NCBI GenBank assembly: GCA_048940765.1
Contig: JBHLOG010000001.1
Location: forward strand, 6,806 to 70,805
Source: Promethearchaeota archaeon
GTDB taxonomy: Archaea; Asgardarchaeota; Lokiarchaeia; Sigyniarchaeales; SOKP01
DNA: 64,000 nt
Direction: 5' to 3'
Shown: piece after piece, positions 8,755 to 18,574 of the stretch
Layout: each line of letters starts with the position of its first letter
Numbering within the stretch: the first letter of the stretch is position 1
Notes under the pieces: model-generated
What the model was told of the DNA's origin: nothing
Database searches by the model: none
The model's input: the letters and a program-made list of their open reading frames with translations, nothing else
Translations under genes and position numbers: made by a program

Positions 8755-9963
8755 TTATGGCCAAGGTTGACCATAATAACACCAATAATTCCAAGACGAA
8801 TTATGAATCTGCACTAAATCCAACATAATATTAGATGCCATTGCAGAGAAATAGTTTGTAAGTAAAGGATAATCACCATTTTCTCTAATCGCAAAATGTA
8901 CATGAGAATTTGTATTTACATAGTGGAAATCAGCAAGATTCCATCCTAACATTATCCATTCCCCTTCGCTTATTAAAATCTTAGATATTTGTATATTAAC
9001 ATCATTAAAATCACTTGACCATAGCTCGAATATATATTCACATTGAATTTTCTCGTTAAATTTTAATGTTATATTGATAGCGTACTGATTTGGACCAATT
9101 CCACGATCTACAATAGTTATTGATTTTATTAAGCCTGGAGTAGCAGAATATATCCTTTTGTTATTTTTAAAATAAAGGTCAAATCCCAAATGTACTGATC
9201 CCCATGGACAGTTAGTTGTATTAGAGTAAGCTTTTTGTACATCATTAATATCAAGTTTTGAGCTAAATGTTGTATTCACATAATCCAATGGTGTATTTTC
9301 GTCGTAGCATAGATACGGCCATTCAGGATGCCATATATGTATTAATCCCATCATTCTATCAGAAGCAACTGGAGAATAATATCTATCAAGCCGGGTTCGT
9401 ATATTATTCTCAATAACATCAAAATGAATATGAGCTCCAGGGCCTCTTTGTAAAAATCTTGCAATTTCCTGACCGATTTCAACCCAATCTCCTATACTAA
9501 TGTTAATTAACCTTTGTTGATGTTCATGATCATTAATATCAGTGGTCCATGGTTCAAATCCGTAATTTACATAGACAGTGTGATTAAATCTTATACTTAC
9601 TCCAACCATGTATCTATTATCTGTCTCATTACCCCAATCCATCAATCTTATATCACTAACTTGCCCTGGAGCCGCAGCAAGAACTTTTGAATCATTATTT
9701 AAAGCAAAATCAAAACCCAAATGAGCCATAACAAAAGGGCAACTTTTTGTAGAAGACCATGCTCCATTAACTGTGTAAATATCTGATTCATTCTCAAAAA
9801 TAACGTCCATGTAATTTAAACGATTCCATTTATATCTATCTCCTGGATCAAAAAAATCATCCGCCCAGGGGGAATAATCTAAAAATTGAGGGATCAGGAA
9901 AAATCCCGATACACCAATAACTACAATAATTATTGTTATAATTAATGTACCTTTTTTTTTCAT
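8755..9963 (-). CDS. membrane-anchored protein with two tandem M23 (LytM/lysostaphin-like) metallopeptidase domains
   Basis: N-terminal TM helix. Domain 1 has HLGFD (HxxxD) and HIHFD (HxH). Domain 2 has HLGFD and HVHFA. Confidence 0.6.
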   Translation of the reverse strand: MKKKGTLIITIIIVVIGVSGFFLIPQFLDYSPWADDFFDPGDRYKWNRLNYMDVIFENESDIYTVNGAWSSTKSCPFVMAHLGFDFALNNDSKVLAAAPGQVSDIRLMDWGNETDNRYMVGVSIRFNHTVYVNYGFEPWTTDINDHEHQQRLINISIGDWVEIGQEIARFLQRGPGAHIHFDVIENNIRTRLDRYYSPVASDRMMGLIHIWHPEWPYLCYDENTPLDYVNTTFSSKLDINDVQKAYSNTTNCPWGSVHLGFDLYFKNNKRIYSATPGLIKSITIVDRGIGPNQYAINITLKFNEKIQCEYIFELWSSDFNDVNIQISKILISEGEWIMLGWNLADFHYVNTNSHVHFAIRENGDYPLLTNYFSAMASNIMLDLVQIHNSSWNYWCYYGQPWP

Positions 9964-10343
9964 AATAAATTGAAAGAAGAGAATTTTATTTAATTTAATT
10001 TTTACTTAAACAATTGATTATTTGAATTGAAAATTTGTTTAAGAATATATAAATAAATAAAAAAATTTTATATAATTTCCTAATATTGTTAGATTATTTT
10101 AACCTAAATTTGAATTAAGATAGAAATATTTTAACCACTTTTAATACTAATTAAAAGTTTTAAAATATCATTAAATTTGAGGAATTCAGCAATATTTTAA
10201 AAATTAATGTATTAATATTCATTTTGGAAGTGGAAAGAGATGACAAAACAGTATTACTTTAAATATGTTAATCCGATAAAAATAAACATTTATATATTAA
10301 TGTGTAATAAAATATCTTATAATAAAAATTGTGGTTTAAGGCG

Positions 10344-10359
10344 ACCATTTTAAAAAATG
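10344..10359. promoter_or_regulatory. 7-bp-arm palindrome about 60 nt upstream of the RHH gene (candidate operator)
   Basis: ccatttt-aa-aaaatgg. Confidence 0.25.
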
Positions 10360-10420
10360 GGTTAGATCATTTGCCGTTTTTTTAATTCGGCATATCTAAG
10401 TAATACAAAGAAGTGATAAT

Positions 10421-10711
10421 ATGAAAATTGTAACTGTTAACATTCCTGAATCTTATCTTGACAGTATAGAAAAATTGGTAGGGGAAAATGGGCTTTATCC
10501 ATCTCGATCTGAATTAATCAGAGTAGCTGTAAGAGATTTCTTACTTCGAGAATTAAAAATGGCTGACAATATAGCCAAATATAAAGAAAGTGAAACGGAG
10601 GATTTTGATGACGACCACTTTGTTAGAGTTCCTATTGAACGATTAAATGAGAAGGATGAGCCAGTCCGAGAATTTAAGACCTACAAGATTATCAAGCGCT
10701 TAGAATATTAG
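10421..10711 (+). CDS. ribbon-helix-helix (CopG/NikR-like) DNA-binding protein
   Basis: N-terminal MKIVTVNIPESYLDSIEKLV...YPSRSELIRVAVRDFL, the classic RHH beta-alpha-alpha signature. Confidence 0.8.
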   Translation: MKIVTVNIPESYLDSIEKLVGENGLYPSRSELIRVAVRDFLLRELKMADNIAKYKESETEDFDDDHFVRVPIERLNEKDEPVREFKTYKIIKRLEY

Positions 10712-10836
10712 AGAAGTAAGCCATAAGAGTAAATAGCGAAGAGGTAAGTCTCTTTTCCTTTTTTTTTTCTTTCATTTCTTTTTCGTGTTATTGTACGTCT
10801 TATTAAACTTACAATAACTAAGCTGTTATAATAATA

Positions 10837-11532
10837 TTAATCTTCACTATTCTCTTTCCTGTCTCCTATCGAACCTAATTTATCTATATATTCTTTTATG
10901 TCTATTTTTGAGAACCGATCAAGATCTCTCCTATGTCGTGTCGCATTTGTTCTGAATTCCAAATCATACCCATCCTTATCTTCCTTATAGCTCTCAAATA
11001 TTCTTTCTCAGAACTTTATTTTTTCATTTCTTAAAGCTTTTAAAGCTTCTCGGAAGCACTCAAGAACAGTATCAAGACTACGTTTATAACCTATAGTACC
11101 ATAAGGGACAAGATTCTCTTTATTTTCTACTAGATTTGTTAGTCTTTTTGGCAAATAGAAACAATATTCTTTCATTTCTTGAATATATTTCTTTATTGAA
11201 TCTTCAAGACTTCCCTTATCATCAAGATTATCTAAATTGAAATTCTTAAATTAAGTATCTACTACATTGCCAAAATGGTCGCCTAAATTCGGAACATAAT
11301 TGTCATCCAAAGAGGTAGACCTTATTAAATCAAAAAACGCAAATAATGATTTATACCCTAGATTAGAAGTCTTGGAACTTGGTAACCAATCAATAGCTTT
11401 ATCCTCTCCGCTTTGATTATATGCTTTGATATAGACATCATAAGCTTGATCTGTAAAAGTCGATGGATCATCCTCTAGCTTTTTCAATTTAGTCACTACT
11501 CTTAAAAATAGTTTCAATTTCAATATTAACAA
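10837..11532 (-). pseudogene. decayed gene of unknown function: three collinear same-frame ORF fragments separated by TAA and TGA
   Basis: The frame reads 93 codons, TAA (11251-11253), 80 codons, TGA (11008-11010), then 56 codons. A further fragment in another frame lies at about 11565-11815, beyond a T10 tract. Confidence 0.5.
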
Positions 11533-12200
11533 AAAAAAAATATATTTAAATATAGACTCTCTACATCATTCCTAACCACTTGTCTAAATAACGACTCGAT
11601 CGAAGTATAACCAAACATTCTTTCACCCACTTCTCGTTCTTCCAATGCGCTAGAGCGTCCTCGATAGCCTCATAATTCCCAGATTTGAACGCCTTCCACA
11701 TATTAAGAAATGTACTCTCCCGGTATTTTCGCTCGGCTGCATTATCTACTTCTTGATTCTCTCCACCTTTCTTGAGGCAAGCAAAGTATTCATACTTATT
11801 CTCAAAATCTCACCATATTATGCTATGAATAGTACAACTAATTCACTATAAAATAAAGGGTGGGATTACCGAATAATCAATTTATAAAGATTTAAATGGG
11901 TGAATTACTATGGAAAAAATTTCCAGCTTTTTTTATTCGTTTTCATAATTCTAAACGATACTTAAGTTTCCAGATTAACCATATGAAATGAATTTCAAGC
12001 TCTTTTGTGCCTTGTTCACCCACACTATCATCGCACTTTTTTTTCCTACTTAAAATTATAATGGAAAAATTTCAAATTTTTTTTAAAAAATTTGGAAATA
12101 GTTCAAATATAGTATAAACTATTACTAAACTTCAATAAATAAACCTATATATAAAATTACTTCCTTACTTCATTAAAATTCCCCTAAACGGTTTCTTTTT

Positions 12201-13172
12201 TTGATAGAAAATTTACTTGACAATTATTTTACTGAATTTACAGATATTATATGTAAAATTTCCGAAGTGTATCGTTATGAGGGCAAGTTTGATAAAGCAA
12301 TGGAATTATTTGATTCAATCAAACCATTATTCAATACACATGAATTTAAAGACGAAGATAAAGCTAGAATATTGATACTATTTGCTAATATTAGAATGGG
12401 TAATAAATTTCTAAAAGATTTTAACTACGATCAAGAAATAAGTATGCTTAAAGAAGCCCAAATATTAGCAGAGAATTCAAATGCTGAAAATATCCAAGCA
12501 GATGCTATTGATCTTTCGGGAAATTGCATTTATCAGACAGGAATTCTCAAAGGAGATTTTGAGGAAGCATTAACTTATTTTAATACAGCCCTATCTATAA
12601 GAGTTAAAATAAATGACAAGTTGGGTTTATCTAAATCTTATTTTCATTTAGGACTTTACCATGAGAATAAAAAGGATGCTGATGAAAATGATCATAAAAT
12701 CGCTTTAGATTACTATGAAAAAGGATTAAAAATAGCTGAAGAAGAAGACTTTAAACTTGAACAATCCTATTTTTTTCGTCATATTGCAGGAATCTATGCC
12801 TATATTAAAGAGGATCTAGATAATGGTTTATATTATTTTAAAAGATCAACACAATTACGGGAGGAGATTGGATTCATTTTTAATTTACAATTTGCATATT
12901 TTGCTGAAGCTTTTGTTTATTTTCTTAAGAAAGACATAGATAACGCTAGAGATTATTTTATGAAAGCTTACTTAACAGCTAAAAATGTCAGTCGAATTGA
13001 GGCCTTAAAAGTTCTTCTTTTTAGACGTGGTGATGAAATAGTAAGAGAGATAAACATAAAAGCTGCTTTAAATTATTTCAGTATTATGCTAGACGTAGCT
13101 AGAAAAGTTAATGATAATAAAGGAATAATAGAAATTGAATTAAAAATTAAAAAGTTATCAGAAAAGGAATAA
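12201..13172 (+). CDS. tetratricopeptide-repeat (TPR) protein
   Basis: Repeated A-x-x-Y-[FY]-x-x-[AG]-L helical motifs (ALTYFNTALSI, ALDYYEKGLKIAEE, ARDYFMKAYL). TTG start. Confidence 0.65.
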   Translation: MIENLLDNYFTEFTDIICKISEVYRYEGKFDKAMELFDSIKPLFNTHEFKDEDKARILILFANIRMGNKFLKDFNYDQEISMLKEAQILAENSNAENIQADAIDLSGNCIYQTGILKGDFEEALTYFNTALSIRVKINDKLGLSKSYFHLGLYHENKKDADENDHKIALDYYEKGLKIAEEEDFKLEQSYFFRHIAGIYAYIKEDLDNGLYYFKRSTQLREEIGFIFNLQFAYFAEAFVYFLKKDIDNARDYFMKAYLTAKNVSRIEALKVLLFRRGDEIVREINIKAALNYFSIMLDVARKVNDNKGIIEIELKIKKLSEKE

Positions 13173-13407
13173 TATGATATATTTTACTTCTTTTGTCAAG
13201 TATAACTTATAAGAGTTATAGGTAGTAAGTTTACTAAACTCTTTAAAATCGAGGAACCCTCGTTTCTCTGATAATGCATAGAGGGAATCAAACAAGATAT
13301 TAACAGCGATAGGAGTTATGCTTTCAAATTGCCTGATAAACTCTGCAAGGATAATTTACTTGGCCTCGAAGATAATATCTCTAAGTGTCTTAGACTTTGG
13401 AGCAAAA

Positions 13408-13443
13408 CCAAGCTCTTTATTTCTACCAAGCTCTTTATTTCTA
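13408..13443. repeat. perfect 18-bp tandem duplication inside a minus-strand gene remnant
   Basis: ccaagctctttatttcta x2. On the minus strand it encodes RNKELG twice. The same frame carries an in-frame TAA at 13356-13358. Confidence 0.7.
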
Positions 13444-13662
13444 TCGAGTATTGAAATTTGTAAAAATTAAGTTCTTATATATTTTTATTAATGTTAGCCA
13501 AAAATTATTTTATACTCTTTTTCTTTTTTTTTTAGAATCACTCAAATGAGTAAAAAATAAATACCAATAAAATAATATTTATAAAATCTAAAGTAAAAAA
13601 GATTAAGGGTAATCTTTATTTCTAAGAAAATTGAAAATACCAATAATTACAAACCAAAATTT

Positions 13663-14889
13663 ATGGAATTTGGTATTATCCATAAAGAAAATTTCAAAGA
13701 TATTTACGAAATTCCGTTAAAAAGATGGGATCCTTTATCCACAGTTAAGATAAAATCAGAATCTTTTGGTCTTCGTAAAGAACGTAGGAGATTTTATGGT
13801 CATTATTCGTATATATCTCCTATTAGAGGAACTAGACCCAAAGGATTTAAAAGCGACGTAGATGAAAAACAATTCTATGATTGTTCAAGGAAAGTTATAG
13901 CAAAATATCATGATGTTTTTTCATCGGTTATTGAAGGAAAGGTAGTTCATGATGATTGGGGAATGCCAATAGGAGATGGACATACTATCATCATTGCTCA
14001 AGATGAGATAAGGCGAGATAATCCATTCTCCGAAACCATACATCGAATAGATAGAATTCCTGATACATGTAAAGCAGTAACTTTGATAAATAGATATCCT
14101 TCAATGGCAAGGATTGTAGATAAAGATATTGAAGATCATATTAGAAAAAATCTTCCTGCACACCTTAAATTATCAAAAGGAATTAATTTAGTCACTGTCT
14201 CTCGTAATTTCTATCCATCTTTATGCTTTAATTTAATTCCGGAGGAAGTATTAGCAGGAATCTTTCTTTCAATGCGAGCAGCAATCCTCTATTGTATAGA
14301 AGAATCTATTAATCGAGATTATTATGATATACCTGTTATGCCATTTTTCAATATAGGCACAAAAGTTGGGGGTTCCCAACCTAGAATACATAGTCAAGTT
14401 TATATTGATTTAAATATGGATGGCCATGGAAGCCGATTAGAAGGATATCTTGAAGCTTTCAAAGAAATGGGGGATAACTGTCACTTATGTCAAACCACTC
14501 ATGGTGGAACTGACCGTATTATATTGGAAACTGAGTTTTGGACCTTCTATAATACCGGAAGCCCTGTAAGAAATTATCATATAAGATTTCATCCAAATGA
14601 ACATCTACGAAGATTTGCACAATTAAAAGCTAATCAAATTGAAGATCTCGCAAAGTCATTAAAAATGATTTTTCAAGCATTAGATGACTTAGGAATTGAT
14701 AAAAATCGTAATATCCTATTTAACGGTTGCCCATATGGTTATGATGCTGATTTTCATATGTTTGCAGATATTATTCCACATGAGGTAATAGGTGGTGCTG
14801 AAATGGCTGATGATATGCGAGTAGCAAGAAAATTGCCTCATATCGCTGCTAAAGAGATAAGAAATTCATTAGAGAAATATCTTGAATAA
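13663..14889 (+). CDS. GalT-like (galactose-1-phosphate uridylyltransferase / HIT superfamily) nucleotidyltransferase
   Basis: GGSQPRIHSQVYI aligns with GalT S-x-P-H-P-H-G-Q (nucleophile His and Gln kept, first His changed to Arg). CHLC zinc-like motif. Two-lobed length. Confidence 0.55.
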   Translation: MEFGIIHKENFKDIYEIPLKRWDPLSTVKIKSESFGLRKERRRFYGHYSYISPIRGTRPKGFKSDVDEKQFYDCSRKVIAKYHDVFSSVIEGKVVHDDWGMPIGDGHTIIIAQDEIRRDNPFSETIHRIDRIPDTCKAVTLINRYPSMARIVDKDIEDHIRKNLPAHLKLSKGINLVTVSRNFYPSLCFNLIPEEVLAGIFLSMRAAILYCIEESINRDYYDIPVMPFFNIGTKVGGSQPRIHSQVYIDLNMDGHGSRLEGYLEAFKEMGDNCHLCQTTHGGTDRIILETEFWTFYNTGSPVRNYHIRFHPNEHLRRFAQLKANQIEDLAKSLKMIFQALDDLGIDKNRNILFNGCPYGYDADFHMFADIIPHEVIGGAEMADDMRVARKLPHIAAKEIRNSLEKYLE

Positions 14890-14992
14890 AGATTTTTTCT
14901 TTCTAAAGGGATAACCTTTATAATTCAAATTGAATTAGATTTATATCTATTAAATATGTTATATAAATGAAAATTCTCTAGAGGATAATATA

Positions 14993-16141
14993 TTGAGAGA
15001 ATGGTCTGCGATAATCTTAGCTGGTGGTAAGGGAGAAAGGTTAATGCCCTTGACTTCAATACTCCCAAAACCACTTGTAAAAGTCACTAATGTCCCTATG
15101 ATTGATTATACAATAGCACATTTAGTATTCGCAAATATAAAACATATAATCCTTGCTTTAGCATATATGGGAAAGGAATTGGAAGATTACATCAAAAAGA
15201 CTTGGACTTCTGACAAATTGGGTGATGTAGAGTTAGAATGTTATATTCAAGAGAGTAAGGGTACTGCTGATGCTTATAGGCTTCTAACTGAACGTATAGA
15301 TTCAAATAATGTTGTTGTTTCAATGGCAGATATCGTAACTAATCTACCTATGAAGCGATTTATGGAATTCCACTCTAATAAAGAAGGACTTGCAACAATC
15401 TCAATGAAAACCGTTGAAAGCCATACTTCTCAATATGGAGTAGTTTTATTGGATAAAAATCGAAAAATTTACCTTTTTTTAGAAAAACCTGCCCCTATGG
15501 AATTATATTTGAGTAGTATGGCTCAAAGAGAAGATTTATTCCTACATACTAATATCATTAACACAGGGATTTATTGTTTTAATAATAAAATTGGAAATAT
15601 ACTCCATGAATCTGGTTTAATGGATTTTGGAGGAGAAGTATTTCCATATCTCCTTGAAAACAAATATGATCTATATGGATTTGTTGAAAACTATTATTGG
15701 ATGGATGCAGGAAATTCAACTACCTATTTATGGGTGAATTGGGATTTATTGCGTAAATATGCATGGCCAATTTTACCTAATGGTGTTGAATATGATGAAA
15801 TTTTTGTAATGGGAATTATAAATTCGGGTCAAAATATTACAATTGAAAAACCAACTTGTTTTGGAGAATTTGTTCAATTAGAAAATAGAGTCAAGATTAA
15901 AGAATTAACATCAATCGGGAATCATGTAACTATTGGAGAAGATACGATAATTGAAAAGAGTGTCATATGGGATGAGATCAAGATTGGTGCTGGGTGTATT
16001 ATTACAGAGAGTATAATATGTAACAACTGTGAAATTGGAGATAACGTTGTTTTAGAAAGAACAATAATAGCACCAAGCTGTAAAATTAGCAGTAATTCTC
16101 AAATTAGGGATAAAACCATAGAACTCGGAACAGAATTATAA
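14993..16141 (+). CDS. sugar-1-phosphate nucleotidyltransferase with C-terminal left-handed beta-helix
   Basis: AIILAGGKGERLMPLTSILPKPL signature. C-terminal hexapeptide-like I/V-G repeats. Confidence 0.85.
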   Translation: MREWSAIILAGGKGERLMPLTSILPKPLVKVTNVPMIDYTIAHLVFANIKHIILALAYMGKELEDYIKKTWTSDKLGDVELECYIQESKGTADAYRLLTERIDSNNVVVSMADIVTNLPMKRFMEFHSNKEGLATISMKTVESHTSQYGVVLLDKNRKIYLFLEKPAPMELYLSSMAQREDLFLHTNIINTGIYCFNNKIGNILHESGLMDFGGEVFPYLLENKYDLYGFVENYYWMDAGNSTTYLWVNWDLLRKYAWPILPNGVEYDEIFVMGIINSGQNITIEKPTCFGEFVQLENRVKIKELTSIGNHVTIGEDTIIEKSVIWDEIKIGAGCIITESIICNNCEIGDNVVLERTIIAPSCKISSNSQIRDKTIELGTEL

Positions 16142-16147
16142 GTTCAA

Positions 16148-17404
16148 TTGAATGATGCAATGAAATTACAAAAATACTCTATAGGTACGGGAGATAGATT
16201 TGGATGTCAAGGAAAAGCTCAATTAAAAGCAGTAATAGAAGCACAAAAAGAAGGTTTAGATATAGCAATTGTATGGAATAAATCCCACAGAGAACATTTA
16301 ATCACTAAAACAACCCCATCAGATGTATTGTATGAAGCTCAAAATGCAGTTGATGAGTTAAAATGGAACGGTAATTACTATATTGATGCTGATCATATCA
16401 GTCTTTCTAATGTCGATTCTTATATTGATTCGTGTAATTTTTTCACATTAGATCTTGCGGAATTTATAGGAAAAAAAGGTTCCGATGTGGATATCAATAG
16501 TTTTATCGAAAAACATAAAAAATATACAGAGAAAACATTTTTTCCAAGTTATAAAAAATTCTTTAAGATTAGTAAGGATCAATTAAAAATCATTGCAGAG
16601 AACTATCTTTTAGCAATAAAAGAAGCTGGTAAGATTTATCGCAAGATTAAAAAGAAAAAAAGTAATGAGAATTTCTTGATTGAAATCTCTATGGATGAAT
16701 CAAAGGAACCTCAAACTCCAACTGAAATATTTTTTATACTTGCTGCTATAGCTGACGAGAAAATCCCTATCAACACCTTTGCTCCTAAATTTTGCGGGAA
16801 TTTTTATAAAGGTGTTGATTTTGAAGGAAATATTAAGCAGTTTACAAAAGAATTTGAGATTCTTCAGGTTATTATTCAATTTGCCAAACAGCAATTCTCT
16901 TTAGGAGATAGTCTAAAATTAAGTATTCATTCTGGAAGTGATAAATTCTCTCTCTATAAGATTATTAATAAAATTATGAAAAAGTATAACACAGGTGTCC
17001 ATTTAAAGACATCTGGAACTACTTGGTTAGAGGAATTAATTGGCTTAACAATGTCTGGCGATGAGGGATTAACAATTAGTAAAGAAATCTATAATAAGGC
17101 GTATAATCGGTTTGATGAAGTTTGCAGACCATATATATCAGTGATTAACATAGATAAAACAAAATTACCTAATCCTAAAATCGTAGATAATTGGAATACA
17201 AAACAATTCGTTAGAGTTTTAAATCATGATATATCATGTAAGGATTATAATCCAAATTTTAGACAATTGCTCCATGTTAGTTATAAAATCGCAGCAGAAA
17301 TGGGCTCTCGATATATAAATGCTGTAAAAAAGTGTGAAGAATTTATAAATCCAAAAGTAATTGAAAATCTTTATAAAAGGCATATTAAGAAATTATTTCT
17401 TTAA
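16148..17404 (+). CDS. UxaE-like tagaturonate/fructuronate epimerase family protein (TIM barrel), tentative
   Basis: N-terminal SIGTGDRFGCQGKAQL resembles the GDRLG motif of the UxaE family. Size and sugar-gene context fit. Confidence 0.4.
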   Translation: MNDAMKLQKYSIGTGDRFGCQGKAQLKAVIEAQKEGLDIAIVWNKSHREHLITKTTPSDVLYEAQNAVDELKWNGNYYIDADHISLSNVDSYIDSCNFFTLDLAEFIGKKGSDVDINSFIEKHKKYTEKTFFPSYKKFFKISKDQLKIIAENYLLAIKEAGKIYRKIKKKKSNENFLIEISMDESKEPQTPTEIFFILAAIADEKIPINTFAPKFCGNFYKGVDFEGNIKQFTKEFEILQVIIQFAKQQFSLGDSLKLSIHSGSDKFSLYKIINKIMKKYNTGVHLKTSGTTWLEELIGLTMSGDEGLTISKEIYNKAYNRFDEVCRPYISVINIDKTKLPNPKIVDNWNTKQFVRVLNHDISCKDYNPNFRQLLHVSYKIAAEMGSRYINAVKKCEEFINPKVIENLYKRHIKKLFL

Positions 17405-17507
17405 AAAGATTTGACAAGAAATTTTGTTTAAAGCTTTAAAGATCAATAACTTATAAATAATAACCTTACTTTTCAAGATATATCTTTTCCAAGCATCTTT
17501 ATTTATA

Positions 17508-18533
17508 TTGGAACTTAAATTGAAAGAACTTTCAAACACAAAAAAGGAAATCATTTTAATTGGAATAATTCTTTTTGGCATAATTACTCCCTTATTAGTA
17601 ATACATTTTTTAATTAAACCCCTTAATACACAAGATAATCAAGGGAGTGATTTATTTGACTTAGAAAAAGTCGACAATCATCCTTTGTTTGTCATGAAAT
17701 ATAATACAAATTATAGTCTTGAAAATTTTTTATATTCAAATCAAAATTATCTTACAGAAGATATTTTAGATTTTAATTGGGCTTGTACTTGTTTTGCAAC
17801 GTTAGATAATAAAAGTAATATGCTATTTGGAAGAAATTTTGATTGGTCTCATAATCCTGCACTTCTTTTATACACAGATCCTCCTAATGGTTATAAGAGT
17901 ATATCTATGGTAGATTTAGGATTACTTAATCTGGATAATGAATTAGAAATGTCACAAAATCCTCAACTTCTTCTTAGAACTCCGTTTTTTCCTTTAGATG
18001 GAATGAATGAATATGGTTTGACTATTGCTTGTATGGCTATCCCTGATGCTGGAGATGTAAATGATCCAGAAAAACCTACTTTAGGAAGTTTAGAGTTTAT
18101 AAGAATAGCTCTAGATTATGCTAAAAGTATAGAGGAAGTTTTCGATTTATGGAATCAATTTAATATTGTATTTCCTCCGGGACCAGATTTACATTTTTTA
18201 ATCGCAGACGCTTACGGGAGTTCTGCCATAATTGAGTGGATTGAAGGAGAAATGAAAACTCTCAAAAATGAAAATTTATGGCAAGTGTCAACTAATTTTG
18301 TGATTTATAATAGTAGTGAAATTGAACAACAAAGTTGTAGCAGATATTATACGTGTGAAACTTTTTTGAGTGAAAATGAAGGTAATATTACGGAAGCGGA
18401 AGCTTTAAATCTTTTAGATATTGTATCTCAAAGCAGCACTCAATGGTCAGCAATTTATAACATGCAGAAAAAAACTGTTAAAATTATAATGGGGCAAAAT
18501 TATAATCTTCCTATTCATGAATTTGTATTATAG
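17508..18533 (+). CDS. membrane-anchored Ntn hydrolase (C45 / choloylglycine-hydrolase-like linear amide hydrolase)
   Basis: N-terminal TM helix. NWACTCFATLD...LFGRNFDW places the candidate nucleophile Cys in the usual context. Confidence 0.55.
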   Translation: MELKLKELSNTKKEIILIGIILFGIITPLLVIHFLIKPLNTQDNQGSDLFDLEKVDNHPLFVMKYNTNYSLENFLYSNQNYLTEDILDFNWACTCFATLDNKSNMLFGRNFDWSHNPALLLYTDPPNGYKSISMVDLGLLNLDNELEMSQNPQLLLRTPFFPLDGMNEYGLTIACMAIPDAGDVNDPEKPTLGSLEFIRIALDYAKSIEEVFDLWNQFNIVFPPGPDLHFLIADAYGSSAIIEWIEGEMKTLKNENLWQVSTNFVIYNSSEIEQQSCSRYYTCETFLSENEGNITEAEALNLLDIVSQSSTQWSAIYNMQKKTVKIIMGQNYNLPIHEFVL

Positions 18534-18574
18534 TTACTTAAGAACTTGTATCTCTTCAAAAATTGTTTTGAAAT

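Noticed and set aside
10741-10800. Eukaryote-like 5' splice-site string GAGGTAAGT followed by a long polypyrimidine tract, just after the RHH gene.
   Set aside because: The 9-mer is expected by chance at this composition. There is no flanking exon-like coding continuity, no branch point plus AG arrangement that restores an ORF, and no spliceosome is expected.
12060-12100. Imperfect 13-bp inverted repeat TTTCAAATTTTTTTT/AAAAAATTTGGAAA, and a related GGAAA-AAA-TTTCC at about 11912, upstream of the TPR gene.
   Set aside because: Both are A/T homopolymer-based and imperfect, with high chance expectation in this composition. There is no associated regulator.
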